From contig CM060731.1 of assembly GCA_030704615.1 (NCBI GenBank), positions 53,692,001 through 53,756,000 on the forward strand: 64,000 nucleotides of DNA, read 5' to 3'. Positions 35,701 to 49,749 of the stretch are shown here, in pieces (within the stretch, counting starts at the first letter, position 1; each line of letters opens with the position of its first letter). Source of the DNA: Takakia lepidozioides (lineage: Eukaryota > Plantae > Bryophyta). The position numbers were made by a program, and so were the translations under genes. The notes beneath the pieces are model-generated. The model did no database searches, was not told where the DNA came from, and saw nothing but the letters and a program-made list of their open reading frames with translations.

Positions 35701-37494
35701 GGTCTGAAGGTTTGTTCTGGAGGCAACTTTAATGATACCTTGTACAAGAGTTAGGTCAAAGCTGAAGACTTGAAGAGCAAATTAGAAGCTGTGAGGACTA
35801 AGTAGAGCAGTGCACTGGGATGAGTGGACAACCTGGAGTGAGATCATGATAAACCAGGGCAAGGAATATGATCGGTAGCGTTTGTGGGGCCATGGCCCAG
35901 TCCATCCGGACAAGCCTACCCCAATCTGCAACCGATGCTCCTCCACCAACTATCAATAGAAACAGCCCTACAAACCATGCGGGGCCCCCAATGATCAGAA
36001 CTGTCTGCTTTCAGGACTTCACTTGAAACAAGTGCCGTGACATGGTTGCACTAACAAGGTCTTGGGTCACTGGAGAACTGACCGGCGTGCTGGTTACAGA
36101 CTAAGCCATAGACATAAACGTAGAGAAAGAGGGGGGTTTTGTGAAGAAGAGATGGGAGATGTCCTCAATAGTAGCCTTGAGGTCACAGAACCTATACTGT
36201 TCAGTCGACAGGGAAAGAAGTTGGAACGGATGAGCAGAGAGCTCACTGCTATTCATAAAGGGTCGCCCAATTGTTATTAACAAGTTCTCAGGAAAGTCCT
36301 CTCTTCATTGTATCAACTCCAACTATGTCCCTCGCATATACTCACCAACGAGCAAGGTTGTAAGCACTTGATTCATGGAGTCCACAATCTTAGTCCCCCC
36401 AAGATACAGGAAACCACCAAAACCAAACGTGAATATGATTTCTGCAGGAGATGCTGGTAGGTGTAGCAGCAAAGACAGCACCTCCCCTGACTTTGCTATG
36501 TAGGCGACCATCAGCGTATAGGATAGGAAAAGGTAGGTTATTGTGGTTAAGACCCCCCCCAAAGGACCCATGGTTTGCTCTGCCATAGTGCGCAAGGACA
36601 GTACTTCAGACTGGCGCTGTAATTTTCCCTGTTTTTGCTGTTGTTGCATCAGTGCAACATTTATTTCCGCGAGCAAGCAAGCTTCCAACACCAAGAATCC
36701 CCAGCACAATGCCATCACTGCAGCAGACGGGAAAAACCCCTGTGACATCATCAAAGGAAAATGGTAATTGTGTGATGATTTGAAGATCAATGTGGCATCA
36801 CTACATACAGACAGAAAGAAAGGAACTTTGTAACATCCATTGGAAGCTCAAAGAACTTACAGGACAAAGGAAAGCAGGATATAAAAGGAAAGTGTGGCCA
36901 TCAACCAGTAGCCTGAAACAAAGTAATCCACATAAGAGATTCTCTAACGTTGAGAGACTCATTGAGATATGGGGCCAAGCATATCTGCAAGAAAGAGAGA
37001 AATAAAAGGAGCTTCATGATGTCCAAGGAAGTACAAAGGGCTAATGGGACAAGAATGGGAAGGTGAATCTCATACGCCAGATAGAGAGAGCAATCTTGGA
37101 GACACTAAGCTCAGCGCCCTCACAAATTTCATGATCATGTCAATGGAAGACCTTTCAGACTACTGGCAAATACCCCTGTTCAACGGTGGATTCACTAGTC
37201 AATACCTTCACTCGCACTGTACCCTTGAGGCCTAGCTTTAGTGCATGGAAAAAAGTCTATACAATTATTCCCTCAGTGGCACTTGATTCATCAGTTTCCA
37301 AACTAGACATGCAAAAATGGAAGGTAAATGCTTACTGCTGGAGCAGTGATCACAGGAAGAGCCAGAACTCCTGCACCAACACTGGTCCCTGTGATCAATG
37401 CAATGGCCCCAAATACTGTCCCTGTTGAAGCAGGTCGTGAGTTCAGACCTTTAGAATTATTTCCTGCATTCTTGCCATTGCAGCTTTCTTTTCT
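32763..37494 (-). CDS. Tryptophan/tyrosine permease family transporter; multi-exon, 5' end unresolved
   Basis: Approximate exons: 37336-37494 (GAIALITGTSVGAGVLALP), 36346-36739, 35833-35967 (PIIFLALVYHDL), 35126-35287, 34066-34253 (FSLLAVATSFIGT), 33281-33474 and 32763-33140 (GGYAMPILYGVVPPAMAW..VPGGK). Most borders are GT-AG. Confidence 0.88.
33700..33832 (+). mobile_element. RTE-like LINE 3' end with a (CATTT)n tail
   Basis: Ends GCGGACGTTATAAAGTACCATTTCATTTC. Related copies at ~9825-9870, ~28660-28705, 34560-34990 (-) and ~36815-36870. Confidence 0.65.
34560..34990 (-). mobile_element. RTE-like LINE 3' fragment (intronic)
   Basis: Degenerate C-terminal zinc-finger region (EIESEEPFV..CPFYYEIHGRF) followed by the same 3' UTR as 33700-33832. 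Confidence 0.65.
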
Positions 37495-38168
37495 GTAGGG
37501 AACCACAAATTTTGTTTCTTTCAGCATGCCAAATATCACTTGTACGATTCTGAACTATGTAACTCAGCGCGAATTTGACTTCTTCGTTTCAGTCTTATTA
37601 AATATAAATAAAAACGACTCCCAGCTGGATAATCCTCAATGACAGGACAAAACGTCACAACACAATCATCAATTTGGTAATTTCACTTGAAAATAAAGAT
37701 ACAGTGATCCACCTTAAGTATTGATGATCATTTTCTTGATTGCACTGTCTTAATGCTGAGCTCAGCATTTTCTGCTCTTCTGGGGTGCAACACAGTTTTT
37801 TGTCTTTCTGTGGCTGGTTCATTTCCCTGTCCTCCAAACTTGATCTCAGTTTTAAGAAGAATCCTCCTGAAATTTGATGGCAAGTCATGCCTTTCCATCT
37901 CTGCTAGGAAAAAGAAACCATCCAGTGAACTCATTTTAGTGCCGATCCCTCTCAGTGGAGGCTTTAGCCCCAAGGCTACAGCAAGCAAAGTCTAAGGGGT
38001 GCAGTCTAAAGGAAGTCCGGCCACTGGAAGTAGTCTTCACATTGCTAAAGCCCGTCTTTTTTCTATCCTCCAACCATGTTCTGCTTTCCAAGAACAAAGC
38101 TGGGGACGGGCTCGAGGTTCACAAGTTTAAGGCAAGCTTTGCTTAGGGATCTCTCTCTCTCTCTCTCA

Positions 38169-38986
38169 GGTCAGATGGTGGGGTCAGCTGCAACATATGC
38201 CCAACACCAGATATCCTAAGTTAATCGACTCTATATCTTGGAAACAGGACCGCCCTGTCAAACAGGCTAAGTCCTGGCAGAAGAGAGTAGAAGAGATCCT
38301 CAAGGACCTGGACCTGGATCCGCAAGTCTTGACCCTGCTGGATAAATCTGACTTAGAGGCTGTCGTGTCCTCAGCCATGTCTGTTGCCATGAGATTGTCT
38401 GATGAAAATGAAGTTAGGCAGAAAACTTCCCTGAACTTGTTTCCAGTCTGTGACGTGGGGGAGGACATCTTGGATGACCTCAAGGGTCTACCCACTCTCG
38501 GCACTAGACTGAAATTTAAACTCAGGGCAGGAAGCCTACCTTTGAACAGCAAACAGAAGCAGAGAGGAAAGGGAGAGTGCAATTGCCCGTTGTGTGGGCA
38601 ATCTGAAGACAGTATTCATTTTCTGATACACTGTCCGGGGTTCTCTCACCAAAGAGACGCTCTCTTCAAATCTATTAAGGGAATTGTGCCTGTACCCCTG
38701 TTTACCAACTTTGAAAGTCTCGAGGCTGAGCCAAAAGCCCAGGCCCTCCTGAGGCCTAGTTTTTGGGCAAATCACACACAGCAGATTGATGCTTGTGTGA
38801 AGGGATTTCTAGAGGATATCTGGAAAACCCGGATTAATTCTTTATATGGAGGTAAGTCTTACTACCAACGTCAGCCCCTGACAGAGGTAGGTTCTGTCCC
38901 TTTTGTTCCCGCTCAAACTGGGCGCGGGGTCAATGGCCACAAGGCTACGGCAAACAACGTCTTATGAGTACAATCTCTCTCTCTCT
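38169..38986 (+). mobile_element. 5'-truncated LINE (ORF2 C-terminus with CCHC finger) inserted in (TC)n
   Basis: ORF 38197-38967 has LKFKLRAGSLPLN..CPLCGQSEDSIHFLIHC. (TC)n lies on both sides. Confidence 0.8.
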
Positions 38987-40241
38987 CGGATATAATGATT
39001 TTCCTCTTTCTTTCATTTTTTTGTCCTTTGGTTCAGCTGTTCTTCTCTGTCACTACAGTCAGTACAGTCCTTATAACTTTACTGAGGCAGAAAAGTTGCA
39101 CACAAGAAATCCACCCGTGGGACATTTACCAGGAATTAACAGATGATAAAGAGAGAAAACAAAGACAGCTGACCCAACGCAAGAGAGAATTTTGAGAGAT
39201 GCATTGCAGACAGTGGGGCTGAGAACCGCTCGAATGGCACATAACATGTCGGAACTTACTATGATGATGTGTACCTGATAATTTGAGGGAAGGACAGTCG
39301 GCAGACTGGAAAAGTGTGTACGAAGCCCAGAATTGAGTATTATGTGGGAGTCCTTTCCAGGCCAAGGGAGAGGAGTAGCTCGCGATAGCGCCTGATTGTA
39401 TCCGACACTCATCCACGAATGTGATGTCATAGCTACAATAGTGCGTCGACCTTTCATGGATTTATTCCAAGTAACCACGGTCTCCATGTAGATAACATAA
39501 CGTGCACGTTTGCTTCTCACTAAAAAATGTGCAAAACTCTACTGCAATATACTGAAGTGCAGCAATCCGGTCGGCTGATAATTCTCACACTTGCGTTGCA
39601 CATTTCCAATCCGCACCGCGTCCTCCAACTTTTGCGAGGAGGTCTAAAGAACAATCAGCCCGGGACCTTGCAACCTCACATTCTCCTTACACATATCATT
39701 GCTTTTCGGACTCCTATCAAGGGGGGTAAAATTGAGTTGCAGGCGAAACATAAACTTGATTCTTCTTTCGACAGTACATGCTCAGTGCTCGACACACTTC
39801 CTCCAGATCACAGGCAGACGCACGAAGACCAAGAGTGCAGGCGTCCCACCACGTGATCCTGCTGCTACACTTTCCTGGCGAAAGCAGTGGAGCGAAAAGC
39901 TGTGGACCCCTCAAATGTCACTAACGTTTGTGGTAAGAGTCCGAAATATCATCACCCAACTATTAGCTGCCTAACCCCCTTAAAGGCCCGTTAGATATAA
40001 CCTCTAGCTTGACATGAAAAATCAGGTGCCCATGTAGGATAGCTGCAGGGATCGTGTGCGGACAGGTAGCTGAATCGATGTTGAGGTGCACTTCGTGTTA
40101 GAATGGTAAGAGCCCCGGAGACCCAAGTCAAGGCATGAGAGGGACGCTCGGCGTTCAAGTTATCAATAGGTGCTGGGTTTCAATCCTTTCCTCTCCTTGC
40201 CCAGTGAGCTAAAGCATTTCTGGGTCTTCTCCGTCACATCG

Positions 40242-43200
40242 ATGGATGCCATAGAACGTTCTATACTCTGTGCAACTCCAGTATCATGCGGAGGTGAACA
40301 CTTGGGCTTATTTCGGCATCTGTCGAACTCACTCTGCAGCATCAGTCTTCGACCGAGATGCCACTTGTATCTTGCGGTAATCGTTTCAATTCTGTTCGAT
40401 CTTCTGATTTCTTGCGTGGAGGAGTGAGGCTTGTTGTTTGCAAGTGATGGTGGAGACTTCTGGCATTGAAAATGTTGTCCATAAACTAAAAATGATAGTG
40501 ACATCACTTTCTGAATCGTGATATAGAGGAGGCGTTGCAATGGGCCAAAGCGACACACCCGTGTCTTTCTTGTACTGCGTGCACAGGCTCCCTCCTCTCA
40601 CAACGATGACAACAGCAGCTCCGCAGAAGTTAATTTGCCCTCGTCATCGAATCGTTCAGGTGTTCCAGACATACAAAGCAAACAGCCAAACTTAACGGTA
40701 CAGGAAGGCAGTGTGGAAAAGCCATCAACACTCCCGTACGGGCTGATTACAGGGCTCGCGGCAGTTGGTTTAGCAGAAACTTGCTACTTGACATGGATGA
40801 AGCTGTATGGAGGTCCAGTCTCCTGCCCTCTTGGAGGCACCAGCTGCTCAGATGTTCTCAACAGCGACTATGCCACATTGTTTGGTGAGTTGTTTTGAAG
40901 TGTGGGCTTCTTCTGTGCTTGTCATTCATAAAGTGGACGGTATATGTTTATCTTTATACGAAGTGGCCATAGTCGGAAGACCTGCAAGAGATTCATCTGC
41001 ACAACATCTATCTGAGCATTGTGGTTGACATTGACATGGAGGTTTTGGGAGTGGAAAGTCAGGAGTCCTTGGTAACCTGCAATTGATGGTTGGTGGAAAA
41101 CAGGTGTGCCCTTATCCCTATTGGGAGTGGTTGCGTATGGAGCAGTGACTCTATTAGGTGGGCGCATGGTCACTAGCCCTAGCTATAGAGCTCGTCAAGT
41201 GGACGGTCTGGCTCGATGGCTTTTGTTGGGAAGCACCACAGCTATGGCAGTTTCCAGCACGTACTTCATGTACATATTGACCACGAAGCTAGAAGGGGCA
41301 TCCTGCAGTTACTGTGTTGCCTCAGCGCTGCTGTCACTAAGCCTTCTCTTATCAACACTTCGGGTGCGAGGTCTTCCATCTTCGGCAGGGAGCATTTGGG
41401 CATGCAATATATGCGTTTGTTAATTATACGAATAACAGTTTCACACAGGTGCATTATTTTTTCAGGGTCAGGTACTTGTGAAGAGGATTTACTGTCTAGA
41501 GGCTCATCATTTGGAATGGCAATTGTCAACAATTATCATTACTACGATGAATGTGGTATTAAATGATAGGCTGGAGGTCCAAGCACTGATTAATCGAATC
41601 GCTTGTGAAAGTGAAGCTACGACTTAGGCAGACATGTGCAGGCTGTCTGGCATGCAGTCAGCATGGCTTCATAATCCTCCAGCAGCAATCTGATGGAGCT
41701 TTGCTATGGGTCTGTCTTGGATTGGGCTGGGTCACATGCAGGGCTTTACAAGCAGGGATGTACTCAAGGTAGCAGGCCTGCAGCTGGCAGTTGGGGGATC
41801 TGTGGTGGTTGCCTTATCTGTTGCTTTTGCAGATGCAAACTCCACTCTCGCTAGGTGTGGTCTGTTTGTGTGGATCTCTCCATGGGCATTTCTTCTAATG
41901 TTTTGTCCACATGACTGCTGTGCTTCCTCCTTTGTCTTGACTCTCTCTATCGCTGTCTTCCATGTGCAAGTCTGTTCGCCTGCACACAGATCCAGTATAA
42001 TGATGTGACTAACTGATGTGATGGTTCAATTCCAGGTTAGCAGACATAGACTTACCCTTTCTGGAGCCAGTGGTTTCAACTGTCTCTAGTCCCAAGGAGA
42101 TTTCTCTGGCAAAGCATCTGCAGTCCCTTGGGGCCAAAATGTATGGCGCATTCTGGTGCTCACATTGTCTTGAGCAGAAGGAGGTATAGTTCTAACCAGG
42201 GCCAAACAAGACATGCGCAGTCAGTGCAAGCTGCAGTAGGGAAGCAGGTCATAATCAAGGATAGTGATCAACTATTACGAAAACATAGGTTAAGTTATCC
42301 ATGCACACCGTTGGTGTTTCGCTTTGGATGTGTTCGTCTTTAGTGTGATCTAGGGTATGTGGTACACCGCAGCAATTAAAAGTTGGACTTAACTGACGCA
42401 GTGGACCATTCTTTGCTGGTGGTTATGGATTCTCAAGTGGGGTGGTTTGCTTCAAAGGATGTATGGGCAAACCCAATAGAACTTTTCACACAGTAAGGTC
42501 TGCTCAACACCTAGAATGTACTGGGGTATTAATGTTCAAGAAGGTTAAGGTTTGTCGATAGCAATGAGGAACCTTCTTGTATGAACAGGCCTGGAGTGGC
42601 TATAGCTAAGCCATAGCAAAGCTTTACCGGAGCAACTTTGAAGAGCTTAATGATCAACTCTCAAGTATTTGCATGTGTATGATTGCAGATGTTTGGCCAA
42701 GAGGCTATGAAGTATGTGGACTATATTGAGTGCTATCCGGAAGGCTTCAGAAAGGGGGTTAAGATTGCGACAGCATGCGATGCTGCCAAAATTGAGGGGT
42801 TTCCAACCTGGATCATCAACGGCCAGGTGAGCAAGTTCTGCTGTTGGGGTTTGGTTGGAGATTTTCTCTCCCTCACTCACTGAAATTCCTGCAAGTTTTC
42901 CTGCATCAGGCACTTCCTCTCGAGTAATGATTGGAGTCTTTTGATGTTAGAACTAGTTTATATCCTCAGTCTCATTATACACTGGGTCGAGCCTTTGGTG
43001 ACTGTAGTGGCTTCCATTCTGCTCTCCTGCATCCCCTCCCTCCCCTTCCCCCTTTTACTCAGTCCAACCTGGCAAGACTACAGCAAGCTCACCCTAATGA
43101 GGCCTTAGTGTCGAGGACCAGAAGTCCCTTGCGGCCGACCTGCATCAGGCACTTCGTCTCGAGTGATGTTTGATGTGATTCGTTTTATTGATCTACTTTG

Positions 43201-43573
43201 TTTAATGGGGCCCAGGGCCTGTGGACATTCATGAAGTTTCCTCCCTCCTCTCTCTCTCTCTCTCTCAAAGTTAAAAGTCTCCCTGTCCTCTAGGAAGCCC
43301 CAAGGTAAGTCATACTACCAGTGTCAGCCCCTGACAAAGGTAGTTTCTGTCCCTTTGTGTTCCGCTCAGACTGAGCGCGGGGTCAATCACCACAAGGCTA
43401 CACCAAACAACGTCTTATGAGTACATTCTCTCAAAGTTAAACATCTTTGAGAGATGTCTGTTTCTGACCTCCTGCTGCATGGTGGTTGGTTTCAACAGAC
43501 TTTATCGGGGGAGCAGAATTTGTCACAGTTGGCTGAAGCTTCAGGATTGGACATAAAAGACATTCCAAAGTGA
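40242..43573 (+). CDS. LTO1: Thylakoid thiol-disulfide oxidoreductase LTO1 (VKOR-thioredoxin fusion)
   Basis: Approximate exons: 40242-40376, 40527-40884 (CPLGGTSCSDVLNSDYA), 41104-41363 (VPLSLLG..CSYC), 41742-41854, 42036-42183 (MYGAFWCSHC), 42689-42826 (ECYPEG..IEGFPTWIINGQ) and 43499-43573. The start codon is inferred. Confidence 0.92.
43276..43426 (+). mobile_element. Short copy of the (TC)n LINE 3' end in an LTO1 intron, 15-bp TSD
   Basis: TCTCTCAAAGTTAAA at 43261-43275 and 43427-43441 flanks the conserved 3' end. Confidence 0.85.
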
Positions 43574-44794
43574 AGATATGCGTACTTTTGCTGTACAGTA
43601 GAGAGTTAAAAGTTGAGAGGACCGTAGGCTGACCACGGGCCAGGTGAAAAGAACTCTGGAGTCATGACGTACTCATGACGATGGGTGCTAAGTGAAGCAT
43701 CCCTTTATGAACACAATCCACAGGCCTTCCCACTGGTCATCAGTTTCTGCAATTCCTGTCAGGATACTACTGTCTCTCAGTATAGCATCAGGCAAAACGG
43801 CTCTCCAAATGTGGGAAAGTTTTGAGTTTGCAGATTTGGAGAGAGTCGTGTCATATCTTTTGTTGGGTTACTGATGTCATGTGTTGAACCAACCTTTGGA
43901 AGTTTCTGGGAGGATCAACAACAACTTTTGCTTTGTGTGGACTCCAACCGAGGGTCCTATATTCCAATATCAGATTCTGAGATGCATGTCCAACATCTCT
44001 ATGCTTAAGGCTGGCTGGTTTCGTTTGGATTCGAGGAAATGAATGAAAGGCCGCAGGCTTCGCAGCCAGACGAATGAGACGTTGTAGAAGTCTGCAACGA
44101 ATCATAGCAACTCCTGTCAAGCATTCGGATGAGGTGAAAGGCCAAAATAAATTTGGTGTAGAGTATCAACCAGTTCAATTGGAGGCTTGCTCCCATCACT
44201 TGGAGAAACAATAGTGAAACCTAAATTCTTGTCAAGTGCTGGTACAGCAGAAGACGCCGTCCTACGTTTGGCCACTGGAAACTGCCACGAGCAGAATGGT
44301 CTGCCACAAGCAATTGACTTTTTCATTGAACACTCATGTCTAAAGTATCCACAGGCCTAATGAGCAAATTTTAAGTGCTCTCCCACTATGGTGTGTAAAG
44401 TGGTCAACTTAGAAAACATAGTTTTCATCTTGAAAAGGCAAAGGCAGTGGTGATTCCTTCATCTGGACATGGAAAGCTATGTGCATGGCCAAGATTACAA
44501 CTGCATGTTTCAGAAGGTTAACCTCTGCCTCTGTTTTCTTCTCCAGCAGCTGTGGGTCCTGCACAGGTGCAGGGGGTGCCAACTTGCAACAGCGGCAACC
44601 ATGGTCAATTCGACCAACACCTGCCTCTCCAACTTGATTTCCCTCCCCCCGCCTCCCATTGCAATTGCCTTTAAGTACCCTACATCACATCTGCTCTTCT
44701 CCACTTGTTACGTGTGTTGTTTTATCTTTTTCCAGCTGCATGCAATTTCCTGAATACTAAAACCTACAATATGTCAATGTAGCCAGGCTCACGG

Positions 44795-45075
44795 CGACGG
44801 ATGAAACTGCGCCAGTGGATGAAATCTCGTCAGCAGATGAACTAACGCGCTATCGGATGAAAAATCATTACGACGGATGAAACTGCGTCAGCGGATGAAA
44901 TCGTGGCAGCGGATGAACTATCATGCCATCGGATGAAAAATTGCGGTGACGGATGAAATCGCGCCAGTGGATGAAATATCGCACCGACGGATGAACTATC
45001 GTGGCGGATGAAATATCGGACTTGCGGATGAGAAATCGCGGATTTGGATGAGATTTGGTCAGTGACGGATGAAAA
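44795..45075. repeat. Cluster of about 14 GGATGAA motifs (TE subterminal-like)
   Basis: GGATGAA(A/C) recurs every ~18-22 bp. Confidence 0.7.
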
Positions 45076-45094
45076 ATCGACTGGTTGTGGATAC

Positions 45095-45521
45095 TTTTGG
45101 AGCCTTTTGGAGGCTTGTTTGAGGACTATTTGGGGTCTATTGAGGCCAATATCTAGCAGGTATTGGGGCCTGTTTGACGACTATTTGGGGTCTATTGAGG
45201 CCAATATCTTGAAGGTATTGGGGCCTGCTTTGAGGACTATTTGGGGTCTATTGAAGCCAATATCTTGCAGGCTTGTGGAGCCTGCTTGGGGCTGTTTGAA
45301 GGACTATCTGGGGTCCTTGAGGCCAATGTCTGGCAGGCCTGTGGAGCCTTGTGAGGGCTGGTTGGAGGACGATTGGAGGACCTTGGAGGCCAATACTTGG
45401 CAGATTTGTGGAGCTTCTTAAGGGCTGTTGGAGGACTGTTGGAGGTCCTTGGAGGCCAATACTTGGCAGATTTGAGGAGCTTCTTAAGGGCTGTTGGAGG
45501 ACTGTTGGAGGTCCTTGGAGG
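45095..45521. repeat. ~55-65-bp minisatellite (GAGGCCAATA...), interrupted by the Gypsy element and resuming at 57580-57722
   Basis: The unit GTCCTTGGAGGCCAATACTTGGCAG is split at GAGG by the insertion. Confidence 0.85.
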
Positions 45522-45607
45522 TATCGTGCGCATACATATCGCTACACAACTACATCGCTGTCCAAACCACACCACACATATATGCACAATAAAGTAGTCT
45601 GCCACAA

Positions 45608-46046
45608 TGATAAACAAGCTAAGAACACACTGTTCACACAAGAAAACATGAAATCCATCGCTATCACTCTTTAAAACAGAAGTCGAGCCAGAGGCACCCC
45701 AAGCTGTGGGGACTCCACCCCACAACAACCTACACTCCCATCATGAGCACACTCAGTCCTAAACGATGCAGGAGCTCGGTCGCGCAGACTCAACTCGAGA
45801 GAGATGAGCTGCGCGACTGCCGCTCTCGTGAAGATAAGACGGTTCAGGTGTCAAACTAAACTTGACACCTGATTTAACACTTGACCTAAATCCAAGTGTT
45901 AAATACAAATAACTAGCTTTATTCTAGTTGTTTTCACACTGTGCTTATTTAACTTGACAGCTGTCGTGCGCATACATATTGCTACACAACTACATCGCTG
46001 TCCAAACCACACCACACATATATACACAATAAAGTAGTCTGCCACA
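45608..46046 (-). repeat. Full-length 3' LTR (439 bp, TG...CA) preceded by a polypurine tract
   Basis: Minus strand reads AGGGGGGCGA-T-TGTGGCAGAC...GTTTATCA. Confidence 0.8.
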
Positions 46047-46306
46047 ATCGCCCCCCTAGCTGGTGGATAGGTCCCTCTACCTCCAGATAGCTACAAGATG
46101 TAATAGCCACAACCGTACTAAGTCCTCTATCACTGTCCCTATTGCACTCAAACCCTATAGACCAAGAGGCCGGGTACAAGAGTAGCCCCATCGTTAGTCG
46201 CCGTCTTGCAATCTGTGAACTTGAGCCAGGACCTCGTGTGTTCAAGGTCTCCTAGTAGCTGGGCCTTGCGTTTCTTGTTAGCCTTCCATGGTTGTATCCA
46301 CTCCCA

Positions 46307-47560
46307 CTATCCAATGCAATGTGGACATAACCAATCCCCATCCGGAACCATCTCAAGAGGTGGAGTCAAGCATCCCATATGCCAACCTCTAGAGCATCGA
46401 TCACACACCAGCATGGTGGCTGCCCCTCTAGCAGACCCACACAACATGCACCTCAAACCTGCAGATACCACTGCCAAGTTTGGGTCTATCCTGCCATCGA
46501 CATTCGGAAGGTGACATGGCGCACAATTACGCACATGGTCCTTCCAAGTTATGCCATCCCGACCCTCCAAGACCAAGACGCCTGAGGGCAAGACCTCTCG
46601 AACCCTCAAAATAACACGTCCTGCAGTCACATCCAAGGTCGTAGGAGCAGTCTGCTGCAGATAGACATAGTCATCAGGGTTGAATCTCCGAACCCCAGGA
46701 TGATAGCCCCCACCACGTATGGTAGCATACCTCAACGTATCACGGTGTTGTGCAATGGCAAGGTTCTCAAAAGCCATGGGCATGACTCTCTTGAACAACT
46801 CTGCACGCTGCTCACATGCACCTGCCCACACGTCCGGATCGTCAAGGTTAAGAACTGTAGCAGCTTCTCTGCGAATGGATGTAGGCTAATCCGGCTCTCG
46901 GCCAAAGAGAAGAAAGTATGGTGAGAAGGAGGCAAGTGATGCTTGCTTGCTGAACCTGTAGCCCATGGCTAACCAGGGTAACTGAAGGTCCCAATCTCCT
47001 AGGTGTCCCTTCTGCAAGCCATACTTGCGCAAACCCCTCTTTACTGTCTGAACAACTCTCTCTGCCAAGCCATCGGCCTCAGGATGATCCCGAGAAGTGG
47101 TGCGGTGGTCTATCAAGGCCTTGTCACACAAAGCCTGAAACTCCCCCAAGAACTCTCTCCCTTGGTCCGTGAGTATCTCAGCTGGAGCACCGAATCGGCT
47201 AAGAACACAATCCAAGAATGCATACGCAGCTCCTCACTAGCCTTATCAGGCAATGGAACCAATTCAATCCACTTGGAGAAGTGCTCCACCATCACCAACA
47301 CGTACTTGTTGTGGCGCATGGTCAGTGGCAACGGCCCTGCGAAGTCAAGACTCCACCTATAGCCCAATCCCATGATCGGAAGAGGGTGCAATTGTGGAGT
47401 AGGGGCGTTGAATGAAGCACGCACCCTGTCACACACCATGCACCTAGCCACAAATTGTTGCACCTCTGTGTGCATACCACGCCACCAATACTGCCCCTGC
47501 AGTAGACTATGAGTGCGTCGCACCCCAAAATGCCCCAACTTCTCATGGGCATGCCGCACT
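46307..47560 (-). CDS. Integrase (HHCC, DDE) with C-terminal PHD finger; frameshifted
   Basis: HAHEKLGH..CMVC; WSLDFAGP; ILTDQGREF; DGLAERVVQTVK; CMLCGSARGAATMLVCDRCSRGWHMGCLTPPL..GDWLCPHC (C4HC3). Confidence 0.92.
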
Positions 47561-47939
47561 AACCGTGCCCGTGTGTTGGGTGAGGCACAATCCTCACTCG
47601 ACCATCCTCCCACACTCGGAGCAGGTGTGTCCCCTCCCACTTGAACCTCTTGGCTCGTTGTAGGATCCGATCCCTCTCCTTGGCAGTCACAGTGGCTGCA
47701 GTGTCTCCAGTGCGGAGGTAGTCCAACACAACTGAATCCTCATGTATATCTTTGGCGCCACCTTGCTCATTGTTGGCCTCAGGGTCCTCAGACACTTGAT
47801 CTACAGTCATCCCTGTTGCAGGTCCAACCTGGCCTTCCGCTGCCAAGATACACAGAAATGCAGATGCATGCCATCCGGGCACCATCTCCTCGTCCGTCTC
47901 ACCATGCCACCGAGCTCCAGTGTCATCCTGTTGGCTCGT

Positions 47940-49279
47940 GCATGGATTGCGACTCAACCCATCTGCATTGCGATTGACCAAACCCGGTCGATGCACCACC
48001 TGAAAGTCATACTCTTGAAGGATGAGTGCCCACCGTGCAAGCTTCCCCGTAAGCTTGTCTGACTCCATCAACCACTTGAGTGGTTGGTGATCCGTGACAA
48101 GGGTGAAGAGATTGCCGTATAGATAGCACCTGAAGTGTGCCACGGCCCACACTGCAGCTAAGCATTCTCCCTCATATGAGCTATACTTAGACTCTGCAGC
48201 ATTGTTCGAGTGGCTAGCATAAGCCACTACGAACTCTCTTCCCTCATCATCCACCTGTGTGAGCACCGCTCCAAGCCCAGCATGCTCCAATCTGTATGCA
48301 GCTGAAAAGGACGCCCCCTGATAGGTCGTCTCAAGATGGGCGCCGAGGTCAACCTCGCCTTGAGCTCTTGAAAAGCTTGTTCTTGCTCATCTTCCCACTG
48401 CCACTCCTGGTCCACCTTGGTCAGCTTGGTTAGAGCCTTTGCAATGGCACTAAATCCCTTAACAAACCGTCTGTAATAGTTTGCTAACCCCATGAAAGCT
48501 CGAACTCGGCTCACATCCGTGGGGCGTGGAACCTGTGCAATGGACTCTACCTTAGTCTGCTGTACCCCCAATCCTCCAGGATATATCATGTGACCCAGAT
48601 ACTCAATCTGGTTGTGGAAAAACTTGCACTTTCCCGGATGTAACTTCAATCCGTGCGCCCTCAAGCGCTCAAATACCCCCTGAAGGTGTCTCTCATGCTC
48701 CTCCACCGTAGCACTAAAGATGATGATGTCATCTATGTAGCACCGAGCAAACTCCACCCCTGCTAGAATCCTGTCCATGACTCTTTGAAACTCAGCGGGA
48801 GCGTTTTTAAGCCCAAATGGTAAGAACCGCCACTGGTATAGGCAATCCTTCCCGTGCTCATTGATCCCCCAGAATGCCGTCTTTTGCTTATCCGCCTCCT
48901 TGATCGGCAACTGGTGATATCCGGATCGTAAATCCAACGTGCTAAAGACCTTGGAATGCCCAATGGCATCAAAGATCTCCTCTGGTGTCGGCATGGCATA
49001 CCTATCGGACTTGGTCTGACGATTTACAGGCCGGTAATCACCGCACATACGTCTCTCCGTCCAATTGCCATAGACATCCTTCTTGGCTGGCATCACTGTG
49101 GCTGAAGCATACTCTCCACCAGAGAGCTCCACCAAACCTGCCTCCCAGAGATCTTGAGTCCTCATCTGAATCAAAGACCTCTCCATGTCACTGTATCTAT
49201 AGGGTCTCCGAAAGATTGGCGTGTCAGTGGCCAACTCAATACGGATCTCTTGACCCTTCAGTGCTCCCAAGTCCTTCAA
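47940..49279 (-). CDS. Reverse transcriptase and RNase H; frameshifted
   Basis: RMCGDYRPVN, STLDLRSGYHQ, LPFGLKNAP, YIDDII; RNase H LHTDWS..GLGAVL, EGECLA, TDHQPL, NADGLSR. Confidence 0.95.
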
Positions 49280-49749
49280 ACTGAAGGCAAAGCAATTCCT
49301 GTAAGCCCTCAGGAACCGCCGTATACGTCGTCTCTCTCCTCCGGTGACAATGGGTCCAATGTCAGGCTCCCAATTGTCCTCCGTAACTGCAACCTTAAGT
49401 CCAGTGGGCTTAGAGGTAGAGGACGCGTCCCGTGGTTGCTATGCTGCAACCTCTTGAGCAGTACTCCCTTCCTGCTCAGTCAATGACAAGGCCTCATCCT
49501 GCCCCATCATCTCATCATTGAGAACCTCCTCATCCCGAGAAGAATCCCCAACCTCATCCATCACAGCTGCCTTGGCTGCCAACTCCCTCTGAACCTCGAG
49601 CACCTCCCACGTGTGCCATGGATGTCTACACCCCGTGGTCCTCACCGGCTCGCCCCCACTCGCTGCCTGTACCGTCTCGGTAGGCAGAGAGACCGTCAAG
49701 GGAAGTGCACTCCGCACTCTACGTTGCTCAGCCATAGCCAAGCTGATAA

